Of a stretch of 64,000 nt of DNA, positions 51,671-64,000 are shown piece by piece. This DNA is from Octopus vulgaris (lineage: Eukaryota). Under the pieces are notes generated by a model that had not been told where the DNA came from, did not search any database, and worked only from the letters and a program-made list of their open reading frames with translations. Location: positions 120,156,001 to 120,220,000 of the forward strand of contig OX597815.1 of assembly GCA_951406725.2 (NCBI GenBank), written 5' to 3'. The position numbers were made by a program, and so were the translations under genes. Every line of letters begins with the position of its first letter. Position 1 is the stretch's first letter.

Positions 51671-52345
51671 TTCATATCTTTTATCTACCAAAGTACGGTT
51701 GATTCAGGTAGCTGGTCCCTCAATTGGGTCAATATATATATTTCACTATTTCAGACAATACCACAGAACAACATTCACAATTGTAAATGAAAGGAAAAAA
51801 TGTAGCAAAATACCTATATCAGGAAGAGGTTGATGACTGAAATCACTTCCCAAAAAAACTTAAATATTTTGTTTAGAATTTTGTTTTTTCTTGCAACTTT
51901 CTTAAAAATGTTGTTTCTCAGAAATCTCCAGTTTAAAAGTTATAGTTCAGACATATTCTATCAAAATAGTTATAGCTAATAATCAATTATGAAGTTGGGC
52001 AGTAATATTTCCGGATTTAGTGTCAATGCATTCACCGTTTCATTCATTAGCAAGTGAAATTTAACTCTATTGATTTGACACCAGTTTGAGAGATTGTATG
52101 ATTGCTATCACATTTTCACTTTTCAGAGCTTAAACATCTGCTTCTTAGCTGACAGCTGTATAATTTGTTTGGAAGTTAGATAGGCATTTGTTACATAGTT
52201 TATTTAAACAATTCAAACTAAGTCAGTGCCTATTAAACTCAATTAGTGTCTGACTTTTTAAACTTATGTTCATGATTCTTCATACATTCTTGATCATTTT
52301 TATTTTGTTGTTTAGTACAAGAACACATTTTTCATTTCATTTCAG

Positions 52346-52462
52346 GTTGGCAACCTCGATGGTTCATTTTAGAAAATGGTATTTTATCTTACTACAAATC
52401 TCAAGAAGTAGTCAATAGTGGCTGTAAAGGGTCAATAAAGATGACAGTATGTGATGTAGTTG
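52346..52462 (+). CDS. PLEKHA3: FAPP-like gene, exon 2
   Basis: catttcag|GT TGG CAA CCT CGA TGG...GTT G|gtgagt = [38 protein letters not shown]; 117 nt, phase 1-1. Confidence 0.95.
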
Positions 52463-54271
52463 GTGAGTTATTGATCATATATATTTATGCATATATCAAT
52501 GTTTTTTATGTTATAAAAAACAATTTTACATTAAAAAGGATTACTTAGTATTTTTTATAGAGTACAAATTTATCATTCTTTAACAAAAATAGTATTTACT
52601 GTGACTTTGAAGCTTTAGCGAACTAAGTCATCATTGGAATGTCTGATGACTCAGCTGGTCAAAAATTTGTAGTCACTGTCAATATTAATCTTGAAATTTA
52701 TATATATATTATGTGCATGCACACACATGCATGTTTTTGCTTAATGATCTTAAGTTTCACTTTTTAATCTCTTATGTTAAAGCATGCTTTATTTTATTAT
52801 TTACCTTTTCTAAGGTGGAAGCTGGCACAATTATTCTTGTAATGGACAAAATACTTGGCACTCCTTCAGGCTCTTTATCTTCCGAGTTCAAATTTTGCTG
52901 TGGTTGACCTTGCCTTTCATCCTTTCGGGGTTGATAAACTACATACCAGTTGAGTACCGTAGTTGATGTAACTAACAAGCCCTTTCTCCAAAGTTTCAGG
53001 CCTTGTGCCTATAGTAGAGATTACCTTTTCTTCAGATAACTGTTATGTAAACGATAGGGCTTAACAATAATTACTTATATTTAACACTTTCTTATATCAG
53101 CACAAAAACAACTTTATACCAAAAAATCATTCTTAATGGAATTTGATCTCAAAACCTATAGTACAAAGAAATACTATGTTTTTTAATCTACAGTAATCAC
53201 CTCATGAGACTTGTATTCTATTCATTTAATTAGAAAGAAAAAGAAGCAAAAAATATCTTGGGTGCAGGCATGGGTGTGTGGTCAAGAAGCTCACTTTGCC
53301 ACTGCATGGTTTTGTGTTCAGTCCCACTGTGCAGCATCTTGGCCAAGTGTTTTCTACTATAGCTCAGGGCCAGCAATGCCCTGTAAGCGAATTTCATAGA
53401 TGGAAATTGTGTGGAAGCCCATTTTGTGTGTGTGTGTGTGTGTTTATTTCCCACCACCTCTTGACAATTGTTGTTAGTTTATATCCCTGATACCCAGCAG
53501 TTTGGCAAAAGAGATTGGTAGAATAAGTACCAGCTTTAAAAATAATGGGTCAGTTTGTTTGACTAAACTCTTCATGACTGTGCCTCAGCATGGCTGCAGT
53601 CCAATGACTAAAACCAGTAAAAGATAAGTACACATTTTGGAGAGTTACAAAAATTGCTGTCCTATTCTAACAGGTCAGAATTTAATGATAAATAAAACAA
53701 TTTTCTTGGGTCCTTTTATCATTTTAAATACCTTTCATGCCTAATTATAAAATATTGTCCATTTTAATTATATCCTTCTTAAAATATTCACTGATACTTA
53801 AATGATTATGCAGAATTCCATTATCATTCTTCATAGTTGTCTTCCTCAAAGTGTTGTCATCCTCTGCTGCTACCTTACATTCTTACATTAAGTACATTAA
53901 CCTCTTCAACTGGTTTTCCTTCCTCATTCAACTTTCCAAACATCTCTTCACTGAGTGTGGAATCTCTGTACACAACTGTCCCTCATAACAATGACCTTTT
54001 GACTCACAACACTTTCTTGATCATATTTAAACTCAGATACTCTATTCTTGCCAGGGGAGGGTAGTATGTTGTGGGGACCAAGATGGGACTCAGTTACTTT
54101 TTTTTTTTTTTTCTAGATTTTTATCCAATTCATTGGGTAAACCCCAGAGTTACATGGTTGCTATATAGATGATTCTATACAATGTCATGCACCAGAGATG
54201 AACTGAATTACGCCCCATTCACTGACATCTTCGTTCTGTTTCTACTGGCTCTTCTATCACCTTCCTAAACA

Positions 54272-54490
54272 TTTATTTCTTTATTGCCCACAGGCTGCTA
54301 AACGTAGAGGGGACGAACAAGGAATTAAGTTGATTACATGAACCCCAGTGTGTAACTGGTACTTATTTAATTGACCCTGAAGGTTGAGAGGCTAAGTTGA
54401 CCTCGGTGGAATTTGAACTTAGAATGTAATGGCAGACGAAATACCGCTAAGCATTTCGCCTGGCGTGCTAACGTTTCTACCAGTTCACCT
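54272..54490 (-). mobile_element. SINE family B, relatively young copy
   Basis: Reverse complement reads gaactggtagaaacgttagcacgccaggcgaaatgcttagcggtatttcgtctgcc..aagttcaaattccaccgaggtcaac. Confidence 0.85.
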
Positions 54491-55254
54491 TCCTAAACAT
54501 TGGTCACTATTAACAATACCTATCTGTTCACTTCCACTGATTCACACCCCTATGCCTACTATTTTCATTCTTATCTCCACCCCCAGTTTATTCTCAGTAT
54601 CATTGGCTTTGCAACAATGACTTGAACTTCAGTTTAAAATCTTAACAAACATTACTTTTTTCTTGAAATGTGGTCACTCTTGAGAGAATGTGGATGTTGC
54701 ACTTAATTGAGCTTGATCTACCAGTAAAACCAACATACACTTATCAAGCACATGCATAACAAATTCCCTTCTGATCACCCTTCATTAAAAATATTCTTCC
54801 ATAACTTGCATATTTTTCTGGCTGGTTTTTCAACCATTCTGATCTTCTTTCAGCAGCCTTTATTCAAAAGGCAAAAAGAAAAAAAAAGTTACTGTCTCTT
54901 TTGGTTAGAAGCTTCTTAGCCTCTAGTTATACCCATATGGGTACCTTAAAATGTTTTCACTGCAGATGCCACACTTCTCTCCTCATCTGTAATCCCACAA
55001 TAGTAACCTGATGCAGAATTCCAGCCATCCAACACTTTAACTACCTTCACCAACCTCATCTATTCTATTGGGTTGTAAACAGGCAAAACAGTACTCCATT
55101 TGGAGATTGCTTTGAGTATCAGCAAACCCATGGCTTGTCATTCCAATTCATAGGTTACTTGTTTACCAACAGATTCCCCCATAGCTGGAAACGTTAAGAG
55201 TAGTAACTTAGCTCTTTGAAATGGTCTTTCCCAATAAGTCTAAATGTTTTTCCT

Positions 55255-55385
55255 TCATTCATACTCATGTGTGCATGCTCTCACTCATTCACACGTGCAC
55301 TCGCTCATTCGCACACTCCCTCGTTCGCACATTCGCTTGCTTGATCACTCGCTTGATCATTCACATGTGCATGCACACACTCACC
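55255..55385. repeat. Degenerate tetranucleotide (CACT/CGCT/CATT) repeat
   Basis: cactcattcacacgtgcactcgctcattcgcacactccctcgttcgcacattcgcttgcttgatcactcgcttg. Confidence 0.7.
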
Positions 55386-55734
55386 CCACCTTCCTTACAT
55401 CTGCATATTGATCTTTTTTCTCCTACTAACCTAGTTTTCCTTCCTGCATGTTTTAATATATTTGTATATGGATTCATATGTATCCTTTACATACATGTTT
55501 TTCTTTGCTTACAACTCTTTAATCTCTTGCAACCTTTCCCTCATGTTTCGTAATTATCTTCCAGTCTTTGTGTAAGTCTCTACACCTTTCCTCTCACCTC
55601 TCTTTGTTTCATTGCCCTGGCCATTATTTTTCTCTATATACATCATTTTCTTAACTGGTTACTCACTGCTCTCCGCTTACCTCTTTTTCTCTCACATTCT
55701 TCAAACATATTTACTCAGAGCTTATCGTAAGCAT

Positions 55735-55962
55735 TTAACTCCTTAGCATTTAAACTGACCACATCAGACCTAAATCTACTCTACCTGTTTTATGTTCAAA
55801 CCAGTCTGATCCAGCCTCTACAACCATCCTACGAATGTCATTCTAAAAATAATCAATCACATCATTGATCTCTTGAAAATATGTCATAATGCTTGATTAA
55901 TTCAAAACAGTGAATAAATAAGCAATACATTTAACAGAGCAATCTGAATGCTAAAGGGTTAA
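55735..55962. mobile_element. piggyBac-like MITE, second family
   Basis: ttaactccttagcatt ... aatgctaaagggttaa. Related copies in the opposite orientation lie at 35463-35688 and at 10031-10867 (the latter split by SINEs). Confidence 0.75.
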
Positions 55963-56080
55963 GTGCATCTCCCTCTGAAGAACCCTCAGGACTACCTTTC
56001 CCTTGTAGTTTTTGTGAATTCCAGTTTCATTTTGAAAGTTAAAGAACATTGCTTTTAAACTCTCTTCTCTATTTTCACAG

Positions 56081-56236
56081 TACACCCGTCAGATTCCACA
56101 CGGTTAGACTTGGTTATTCCTGGAGAACAGCACTTCTACCTAAAAGCAGCTACACCTCATGAACGCCAACAGTGGCTTATTGCCCTTGGTACTTCAAAAG
56201 CTTGCTTGGCAAATGGACAATCCCCACAGAGTACAG
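56081..56236 (+). CDS. PLEKHA3: FAPP-like gene, exon 3
   Basis: ttttcacag|TA CAC CCG...ACA G|gtttgt = (V)HPSDSTRLDLVIPGEQHFYLKAATPHERQQWLIALGTSKACLANGQSPQST; this is the end of the PH domain. Confidence 0.95.
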
Positions 56237-56738
56237 GTTTGTTCTCTACTTTATATATTAAGACATTTTATAAACTATTGGACAAAGAAAAATGAGCTAA
56301 ATTACATTTTAAAATTGAAATTAAAACTGATCTTTAATGACAATTTATCTTGTCATAATTTTTTTTTTTAAGATTCTCATCTCATTCAACTCCTTCATTA
56401 TAATTTGTTAACTAACATTTTTTGAGATTCTAAAGTGGTTTTGTATTACTGCTAGTGCATTAGAAAATCTTACTCTTGAGATGAGCTCTTTTTATTATCC
56501 TCGATTCTTTTTTTTTCTCTTTTGTAGTTTAATTATTTAGGAAACCTCATTTTAAAGACATTCTTTATTCAAACTTTAGTTTCGCGATTAGCACCAAAAT
56601 TGTTTTTGGTTCTATACTATCAAATGAGTGTCTTTGGTTGTACTTTTAGGGGAATTCATTTATATTTACTTCATTATGTATATTTAGTTTTGAGATTTCT
56701 AAGAGGAAATATTGAAATGATTTTTATTATTTGTTTAG

Positions 56739-56866
56739 GAGAAATTTCCCCTGATATTGTCAAAACCAAAAAATCAGAACTGAGATTGTATTGTGATCTT
56801 CTGATGAAGCAAGTCCATTCTGTAAAACAAGCAATCTCAAACCCAGATGAAACTCCGGATATTCAG
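56739..56866 (+). CDS. PLEKHA3: FAPP-like gene, exon 4
   Basis: ttgtttag|GA GAA ATT...ATT CAG|gtttga = (G)EISPDIVKTKKSELRLYCDLLMKQVHSVKQAISNPDETPDIQ, containing the FAPP signature KTKxSELRLYCDLL. Confidence 0.93.
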
Positions 56867-57407
56867 GTTTGAAAGGGCTTTTTACCCCACTCTCTCTCAG
56901 TAGAAAGTTGTTTATAATGTAGACTTATTAGATTCAGTGTTATTAAATATTTGCTGCCATGATATTGTTTGATAGGCTATATGAGGTTTTTTTTTTTTTT
57001 TTGGTTGGAGGGATGGGAGAAGTATAATTTCTAATAAACTTTAGTGAAATTTCATTGTTTATATTTTTTTTAATGAAATGCGTATAGGCAGTTATTATAG
57101 TGTTGGACAGAATACTTTGTGATATTTGTTCTGACTCACTGCATTCTGAGTTCAAATTCTGCACAGGTTGACTTTAGCTTTCATTCTTTTGGAATCTGTA
57201 CAAAAGTATCAATCGAAGGTTATGAATTGATTAACTTGTACGGACATCTGATCAGATGCCTTACAATATTTGTCCTGCCCTCAGCAACAACCTAATAAGG
57301 GAGCCTCCAAATGGTTGCTTGACCTGTTAGTAATAATAGCAGCCGAATCTCCCTCAAATCACACCTTTCATCATAAATAAGGAAAGGATGTGTTAATGTC
57401 TTGCATA

Positions 57408-57574
57408 GGCGTAGGAGTGGCTGTGTGGTAAGTAGCTTGCTTACCAACCACATGGTTCTGGGTTCAGTTCCAGTGTGGCACCTTGGGCAAGTGTCTTCAA
57501 CAATAGCTGCGGGCCAACCAAAGCCTTGTGAGTGGATTTGGTAGATGGAACTGAAAGAAGCCTATTGTGTATAC

Positions 57575-57616
<42 letters not shown>

Positions 57617-57627
57617 GTATATATATG

Positions 57628-57660
<33 letters not shown>

Positions 57661-57838
57661 CTGTTTTTGTCCCCACAACATTGCTTGACAACCAATGCTG
57701 GTGTGTTTACGTCCCCGTAACTTAGTGGTTCGGCAAAAGAGACCGATAGAATAAGTCCTGGGGTCAATTTGCTCGACTAAAGGCGGTGCTCCAGCATGGC
57801 CACAATCAAATGACTGAAACAAGTAATAAAGTAAAAGA
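57408..57838 (+). mobile_element. Full-length tRNA-derived SINE, family A (central CA/TA microsatellite)
   Basis: A-box tggctgtgtgg, B-box ggttcagttcc, CORE-like accttgggcaagtgtcttc, (TA)/(TG)n, and tail aaatgactgaaacaagtaa. Confidence 0.9.
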
Positions 57839-58568
57839 ACCCTAAAAATTATACTGGGATGGTTTCAAGTGGAATATTGATTATATGCCTGCTTGGTCAG
57901 GACTGAGTTGGAGCTAAACACTGCCACCTCATTAAGTGATCTTCCACAGTTTCAGTTCAACTTAAGACATTACCTCTTACTTTGGTAGATACTTCAAAGG
58001 CTATGATCACACCTAAATTGAAAATCAAGTTGGCTGACTTCAAAATAGCAAATCATATTTACAATTTCTGGAATTGAATTGAGAAATAAACTAAACAGCT
58101 GAATTGTCAAGTATAACTTGATTCAAGGAGTGTAGTGACATGATTTGAATTTTGACCTTTTAGTGATATTGTAATCATCTACCTTTTATATCATGAACAG
58201 CCTGATAGCAGATAGCTTTAGAATTTTGTATGAAACTGTTTTATATTAAATAAAACAATTTTTTAAAATGTGTGCAAGTAGAATGTAACAGTATGTGTAT
58301 GCATTTGAAAAGTCTAACTCTGTGTATGTGAAGTTAAGACCGTACAGGTGTTGTATATGGTTGGCAGTCTATGCGTTATTAAATAGAAATATTAAATATA
58401 TCTTAAATTCAAATTACGATGAACATAAACAAACAAACAAAGTTTGCTTTAGAAGCGTTGAGATGTCTTAGAAAGTTAAAGAAGTGATTTTAAATTCTCA
58501 AACGCATGATAATGCTCATGATATAGCCTGAACAGGATAAGCTACCCCTATTTTGCAGAAAAAAGTGT

Positions 58569-58647
58569 TGGCAGCTGGCTATGAAACTCGAACTCACACC
58601 TCCGTGATTACGCATCATAGTGCTCTGAACCATTAAGCTAAACTGCC
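58569..58647 (-). pseudogene. tRNA-like unit (Thr-CGT-like loop, non-canonical) followed by T6
   Basis: Minus strand: GGCAGTT TA GCTT AATGGTTCA GAGC A CTATGA TGCGTAA TCACGG AGGT GTGAG TTCGAGT TTCAT AGCC AGCTGCC A, then acac TTTTTT. A and B boxes are present; there is G in place of U33 and 4 extra nt before the acceptor 3' strand. Confidence 0.6.
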
Positions 58648-59556
58648 CACACCACAAACTCTTCTGCAAATTTAAGATATATAGAAATTTAGGCATGCTT
58701 ATGAATTTGTATCTGGACATGCACGTGAATGAGATTGAAGCAAGTTGTAGTTTTTAAAATGTTTGTATTTTCTTAGTTGGATGATTGTGACCTGATCTGC
58801 TAGAACATGGTTTACTCAGAAAGCTTTTCATTCCAATCTACCTCTTATTCTAGATTTACTTCAATGGAGACAAAAAAATTAAGTAAATCTGGAAGTGAAG
58901 CTAGTAAACTATATGGTTTAAAACTGTACAAAAGACAGACAGGTGAGGGCAACAACAAACAAGGTCTATTACTTTGATGATCTGGAAAAATGGAAGAAGT
59001 CTACAGAAAGGAACGAAGAAAGAAAACAGATGGAGAGATGAGGGGAAAATTTAAATTAATTGGTTTTTACTTTCCACTATAAAATTAACTTTTTATAAGT
59101 AGGAAAAATAAATTTCTTGAGACTGGAAAAAAAATAAATGGGGAGGAGTGAGTTGTGGCACCTTGAGCAAGTGTCTTTTACTATATCCCTGGGGCTGACA
59201 AAAGTCTTGTGAGTGGAATTGGTAGGCAGAAACTAAAAGAAACCCATTGTGTGTGTGTGTGTCCTTTTGATATTGTGTGATTATTGTAAATGAATGTCAT
59301 TAATTTCTAATATTATGCTCAAATATATCTGGCCATGAGAGAATATTCTCTTGTTTGAAAACGGGTGTGGGTTGGCGACGGGAAACGCACCCAGTCATAG
59401 AAAATCTGCCTCACTAAACTGTGTCCAACCCATTCATGCATGGAAAAGTGGACATTAAAACAATGATGATAATTGTAATTTTATATAAATATTGTATATT
59501 GGTGTATTTTGAATTTTTTAAATATTTAAAAAAAAATTATATTTTGTCTGTTTTAG

Positions 59557-59727
59557 AAATTGAATGATGCCACATCTCTGTTGAGTGCGACCTGTGATAC
59601 CTTCATACAAACCCTTGAAGACTGTATGAGAATTGCCAATGCAACAATAGCTTATGAAGTGCCTAACCAATATGTAATAAATTCTTCCATACCAATTTCA
59701 TCTCCAACCAAAAGCAACTATAAATTG
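59557..59727 (+). CDS. PLEKHA3: FAPP-like gene, exon 5
   Basis: ctgttttag|AAA TTG AAT GAT GCC...AAA TTG|gtaact = KLNDATSLLSATCDTFIQTLEDCMRIANATIAYEVPNQYVINSSIPISSPTKSNYKL, matching FAPP1 [21 protein letters not shown]. Confidence 0.92.
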
Positions 59728-60639
59728 GTAACTTATTAATAAACATATACTCTTGTGTAATAGAAATGAAGGATAAAAAAAAATTGTTTATTCTGTTAGT
59801 TTCAAACAAGTTTTAGGAATTATGAAATTCTTCAGAAAAATATTAAAATGTTTTATAGTCATTGTTATTAAAATTGTATATATTAAAATATTGGATTTGA
59901 ATTAGCAGTTCATTTAGTAATTTTGGATCTTTGTAACTGGTTTAAACTGAATTTATTTTTCAAACTTGTATATGCACCAGATATCTCAGTTGTATTTCCT
60001 CTTAATATTAATTTCACAAGCTATCTTGGGCTTTATGACCTACTGTTTCTGACACATATATTAATCAAAATGCTCTACATTTTGCAGAGATAAAAAAAAA
60101 GAAAGCATGCAACATCTAAATATCTTTTTTAATTTATGCTTATCTCTTGCACTTCCACTGATAAATGTAAATTTATGTAACTTATATATGTTAATTAAAC
60201 AACCAGTTTAGTCTCCAATTTCTATCTTCTATTGTACTTTAATGTTGTAGTGTATACTTGAAGTTAAATTAGCTAAAAATAACGGTAAGGCTTTGTTAGC
60301 TATTTTTGTGTTGAATTATAACATGGCTTAGTGGGTTAGGCAACTGAGTTCTTAATCATAAGGTTGTATAATCAATTCCAGATTCAGGAGAGGCATTATG
60401 GCCTTGAGCTTTGTATTTCAAAAGCCCACAGTACAACCAAAAACCCTCAGGAATAAGATCCTTGTAGGAAAATTATTTTAGTTACTGGCCTTAAATTATA
60501 TCAATATGCACAGGAACAGGTAGGTGTTGAAAGCTGTATAACAACACATAGGAAAATAAATTTAATCATTAAATTTTAATAAACTGTGATTGTGAACTGA
60601 AGAATTTAAAATGAGATGCTAATGTTGAAGAAGACATTC

Positions 60640-61010
60640 ATAACACCTTTTTATTCCACTGTTTTGTGGAAGGACATGCTCTGTGACTTACACAAGCCTT
60701 CTAAAACTGGTAACAGCAGTCCAGCTGAAGTTCAGCTTGAACATCTCCCAGTTGACATCTGCTGGCAAAATGTGGCTAGGGAAGGAATTCCAGAGGAATG
60801 ATGTTCTGGGAAAGAAGGATTGGAATGAGTGGTTAGTGCAGGGCATAGAAGAGCTGACTGTTTCTGGATGGGGTAGATGTTGTGTACAACTAACCAGTTA
60901 AGAGAAGCAGATGCTGTTGCAGTAGAAGTATAAAATAGACAATGAGGTGACAGTGCTTCTGTGGACTAGCAGTTCTAGTGTATTACTAACCAACCACATG
61001 CCTTCTTAGG
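60640..61010 (-). mobile_element. Old CR1/Jockey-group LINE 3' remnant
   Basis: Minus strand reads SFFPRTSFLWNSFPSHILP..MFKLN at ~60725-60820, matching the SFFPRT..WN.LP motif. Confidence 0.6.
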
Positions 61011-63032
61011 ATATTTGTATGTAGTATTAGCAAAAACTGGTCATTTGTAGGATTTGTGACTGATCAGCAGTTAAGTAGTTTCTCACCCTGATGGTGAAGA
61101 TCGGTCTTTAGGATGCAGTTTTGGCTACATTTTGTATATGAGATCATCAGAGATTGTAAAATTTAGCTTCAACAGCAACTTTTGGGAATTTTAATTGCAT
61201 GTTACTCAAACATGCAGTGTTTGAGGTGTGATATTCAAATTATATAATGTAATATAATTAGTAATTGAGGTGTGATATTCAAATTATATAATGAAATTCT
61301 AATAGTCAAGAAGCTCCTGATGATTGTATTGTTTGTAAACATCTAATGAATATAGCTTCTTTAATGTACAAACTTCTAAAGTAAAATTTTTGGCATTTCC
61401 AACCTGGCAGTTTTCATAATGTGCATATTCTTTTGGAATTGGTTGTCTAGAAGGTCCTATTTAGGTTTGATGCTCAGTTGTTCTTTTGTATTGTGGATGT
61501 AATAGTTTTGGTGACATGTTTGCTTCATGTGTGGCCTGCAGAACCAGATGTTCTGAGGAGGAGTCTTTTTATTTCTTGGTTGGTTTCTAATAAAAAAAAT
61601 CTTCCCAATATCAGTTTTCTCTAAAAACTTTGTAGAGACTAACATTAATGACTCTTGATGTCAATGTACCATTTTGAATTAGTCGGTAAAGCATTGAGAT
61701 CATCAAACAACTTACAGAATTTGATGTTTATGTTCTTACCACTTTCAAATGGAAATTATACAGAAAAAGAAATCTTGATTTTAGTAGCTGTTCATTGTTG
61801 AAACTGTCAAGTTCCTGTGATAGTTCAATGCTAAACATTATCAAAAGCATTAGTCATTGTATGCTTTTAGATAAGAGCATGTTTTTATAAAAACTGTGTC
61901 CCCATATCTCATAAAAATTGGTTCAAGAGTAATGCATATTGAATATCTTGCATATCAACATGTATTATTGATATTCTTGTAAGCTGTTGGTATCATCATT
62001 TGACGTCCGTTGTCCATGCTGGCATGGATCGGACAGTTTGACCAGGGCTGGTAAGTTGAGGAGCTGCTCCAGATTTCAATCTGATTTGGCGTAGTTTCTA
62101 CAGCTGGATGCCTTTCCTAATGCCAACCCCTCCAAGAGTGTAATGTCACTGGCACAGGTACCTGTTATGACACCAGCATCTGTTACAACTACAATCTCAG
62201 CTTGATAAATCTTCCTATTGCCAAAGGTCTCAGTCATTTGTCAAGATCTTGGTCATATATATAAATGCCTGCCAAAACAAAATGTTCAGAATTATGGATA
62301 GCAGCTGGTATATATCTGACATTGGCCTGGTCTGTTACTCAGATTAACACTATCAATTCATGTTAGGTCTCTAGTTTGAGGATAACTTCCTTCTACAGTC
62401 TTAAATTTCCAAAAAGGCTCATGGGCACTAACTTTTCTCTTGATTAAATGATTTATAAGAAGAAGAAAAAATATTGATTGCTATCAGCATGTCTATGAAT
62501 TATTAAGTAGTTGCAGAAGTGTGTCAAGGAAACCTCTGGCTTGAAAGCTATCTTTTACATTTGCAAGAGCTAGAAATGATCTGTAGTATCAATGTTCCCT
62601 ATGAAGGGAATCTTAAGTGAAGACAGCATATTTTGAACATGGGTCTCCTTCAATACTACGCTTGATGTGATTTTTAAATGAAGTCTGTTGTGAATCTGGA
62701 CATTGTAAAGTATAGAAATTGTAGTAATGGAGGTATACTTAATCCTGTTTGAGATTCTTCTTTGAATACGTTCTTTTAGGTTGTGTTGGTTGGTAAGGTT
62801 TTCACAATGATGTGCACATTTTGTTAATTAGTGTTATTCAATAAGTATTAAAATGAGTCAGTATGACAGTTAAAAAAAAGTACAATAAAAAACTAAATTT
62901 TTCAAAAACATTTCAAAAATTATGAATAAAAGTTATGATTTCGTGTTTTACAATATTATAAAATAGCTATTTCTGCTATTGTTTCGGAAATTTGCTCTTA
63001 TGTAATATATAGCTTGATTAATTTGATTTCAG

Positions 63033-63073
63033 GCAACAAAGAATAACATTCGAAAATCAATATCCTTAGACAG
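63033..63073 (+). CDS. PLEKHA3: FAPP-like gene, probable 41-nt exon 6 (gene continues past window)
   Basis: tttgatttcag|GCA ACA AAG AAT AAC ATT CGA AAA TCA ATA TCC TTA GAC AG|gtaaaa = ATKNNIRKSISLD. It is in phase with exon 5, but homology is weak. Confidence 0.62.
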
Positions 63074-64000
63074 GTAAAAATATATTTCTTTAAAATTAAA
63101 TAACCATTGAAATCTAAGGTGGACATGTAGAAATAACTTTTTTGCTTTTAAAAATAATTCTGAAATATTTTAAAAAATAATTCCGAAACATTATTTAAAA
63201 AAAACCCAGTAATACTGTATTTCTTGTTAACTCCCTATCTTCAAGGCATTTTCTCTGATTGTATGTTATCGTGCTATTCTTCTGATATGAAGATTATATT
63301 GTATCATAAAACTGAGTGAAAGAGTATTGAGTGTTGTTGGTACAGAGTATTCATGATGGGGAGGGAAAAGAAGTGAAGTCAAATATTGTGATACTTGTCT
63401 TCACAAATGATATGGCCAAAGATTGAGATGAATGGAAACATCCTGTGTGACAGATTTGTTCAACTCATTCTAACATGGAAAAATAGAGGTTATGATAGCT
63501 GTGATTTTTATGACAGTAGCATGCTGCGAAAATTGCGCTTAGAGGCATTTCCTCAGGCTCTTTACATTTTGAGTTCAAATGCCACCATGGTTGACTTTGC
63601 CTTTCATCCATTTGCGGTGGCTAAAATAAGTACTAGTCGAGCACTGGAGTCAATCATTCACTTTTAAAATTGCTGGCCTTCTGCCAAAATTTGAAACCAA
63701 TATGATTAAAATAGAAATTATTAGGAACTTCAAACAGTTCTAAATTATTATTTGTGAACATATTTTAGATTTTTTTGCCTTCAAGTATAATAGATTTAAT
63801 TAATTATAAAATTATACTCAACTCTTATTTATAACTAATAATATAATATTGATTGGAATATTATAACCAGATTCCAGTGTTTTAATATGGATGCAAATTG
63901 CTGGCAATGAGAGACTGTTGTAAGAAAATGCTGTGGAAGTATGAAGCTTGTAGGATTTCTGAAATAATATTTTTAAAAATTTTATTTTACTTACAAAGCT

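Noticed and set aside
57441-57822. ORFs with THTH/YIYI or CVCV runs here and at 5363, 31074, 46597 and 53230
   Set aside because: Translations of SINE bodies and their microsatellites, not genes.
60323-60410. tRNA-like sequence (also 44090-44210 minus)
   Set aside because: It continues into a CORE-like ccttgagc segment and lacks acceptor pairing, so these are old SINE heads and not tRNA genes.

Overview
Eukaryotic, AT-rich, intron- and repeat-dense DNA. The SINE/RTE repeat set looks like an octopus (coleoid cephalopod) genome; this is inferred from repeat families I recognise, not proven. Two protein-coding genes lie head-to-head. (1) Minus strand: a torsin-family (TOR4A-like) AAA+ gene. One large terminal exon (2342..3283) encodes a transmembrane helix plus the whole AAA domain and is preceded by two micro-exons (9486..9519; 13858..13896, which carries the probable ATG). 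A ~1.1-kb tandem duplication produced a second copy of the ATG-bearing exon (14823..14903). (2) Plus strand: a PLEKHA3/PLEKHA8 (FAPP) PH-domain gene. Exons 1-5 are well supported and exon 6 is probable (20511..63073, with a ~31.8-kb first intron); the gene continues beyond the window. The CpG-rich zone between the two 5' ends (~15.1-20.5 kb) is packed with nested foldback/long-TIR elements. The introns contain a young CR1-type LINE, decayed RTE, R4-like and HERO-like LINE pieces, mariner and piggyBac-like MITEs, many tRNA-derived SINEs, several long hairpins, a tRNA-like unit with a Pol III terminator, and two unidentified short inserts with long target-site duplications. There are no prokaryotic systems such as CRISPR or operons, and most short ORFs in the track are repeat-derived noise.
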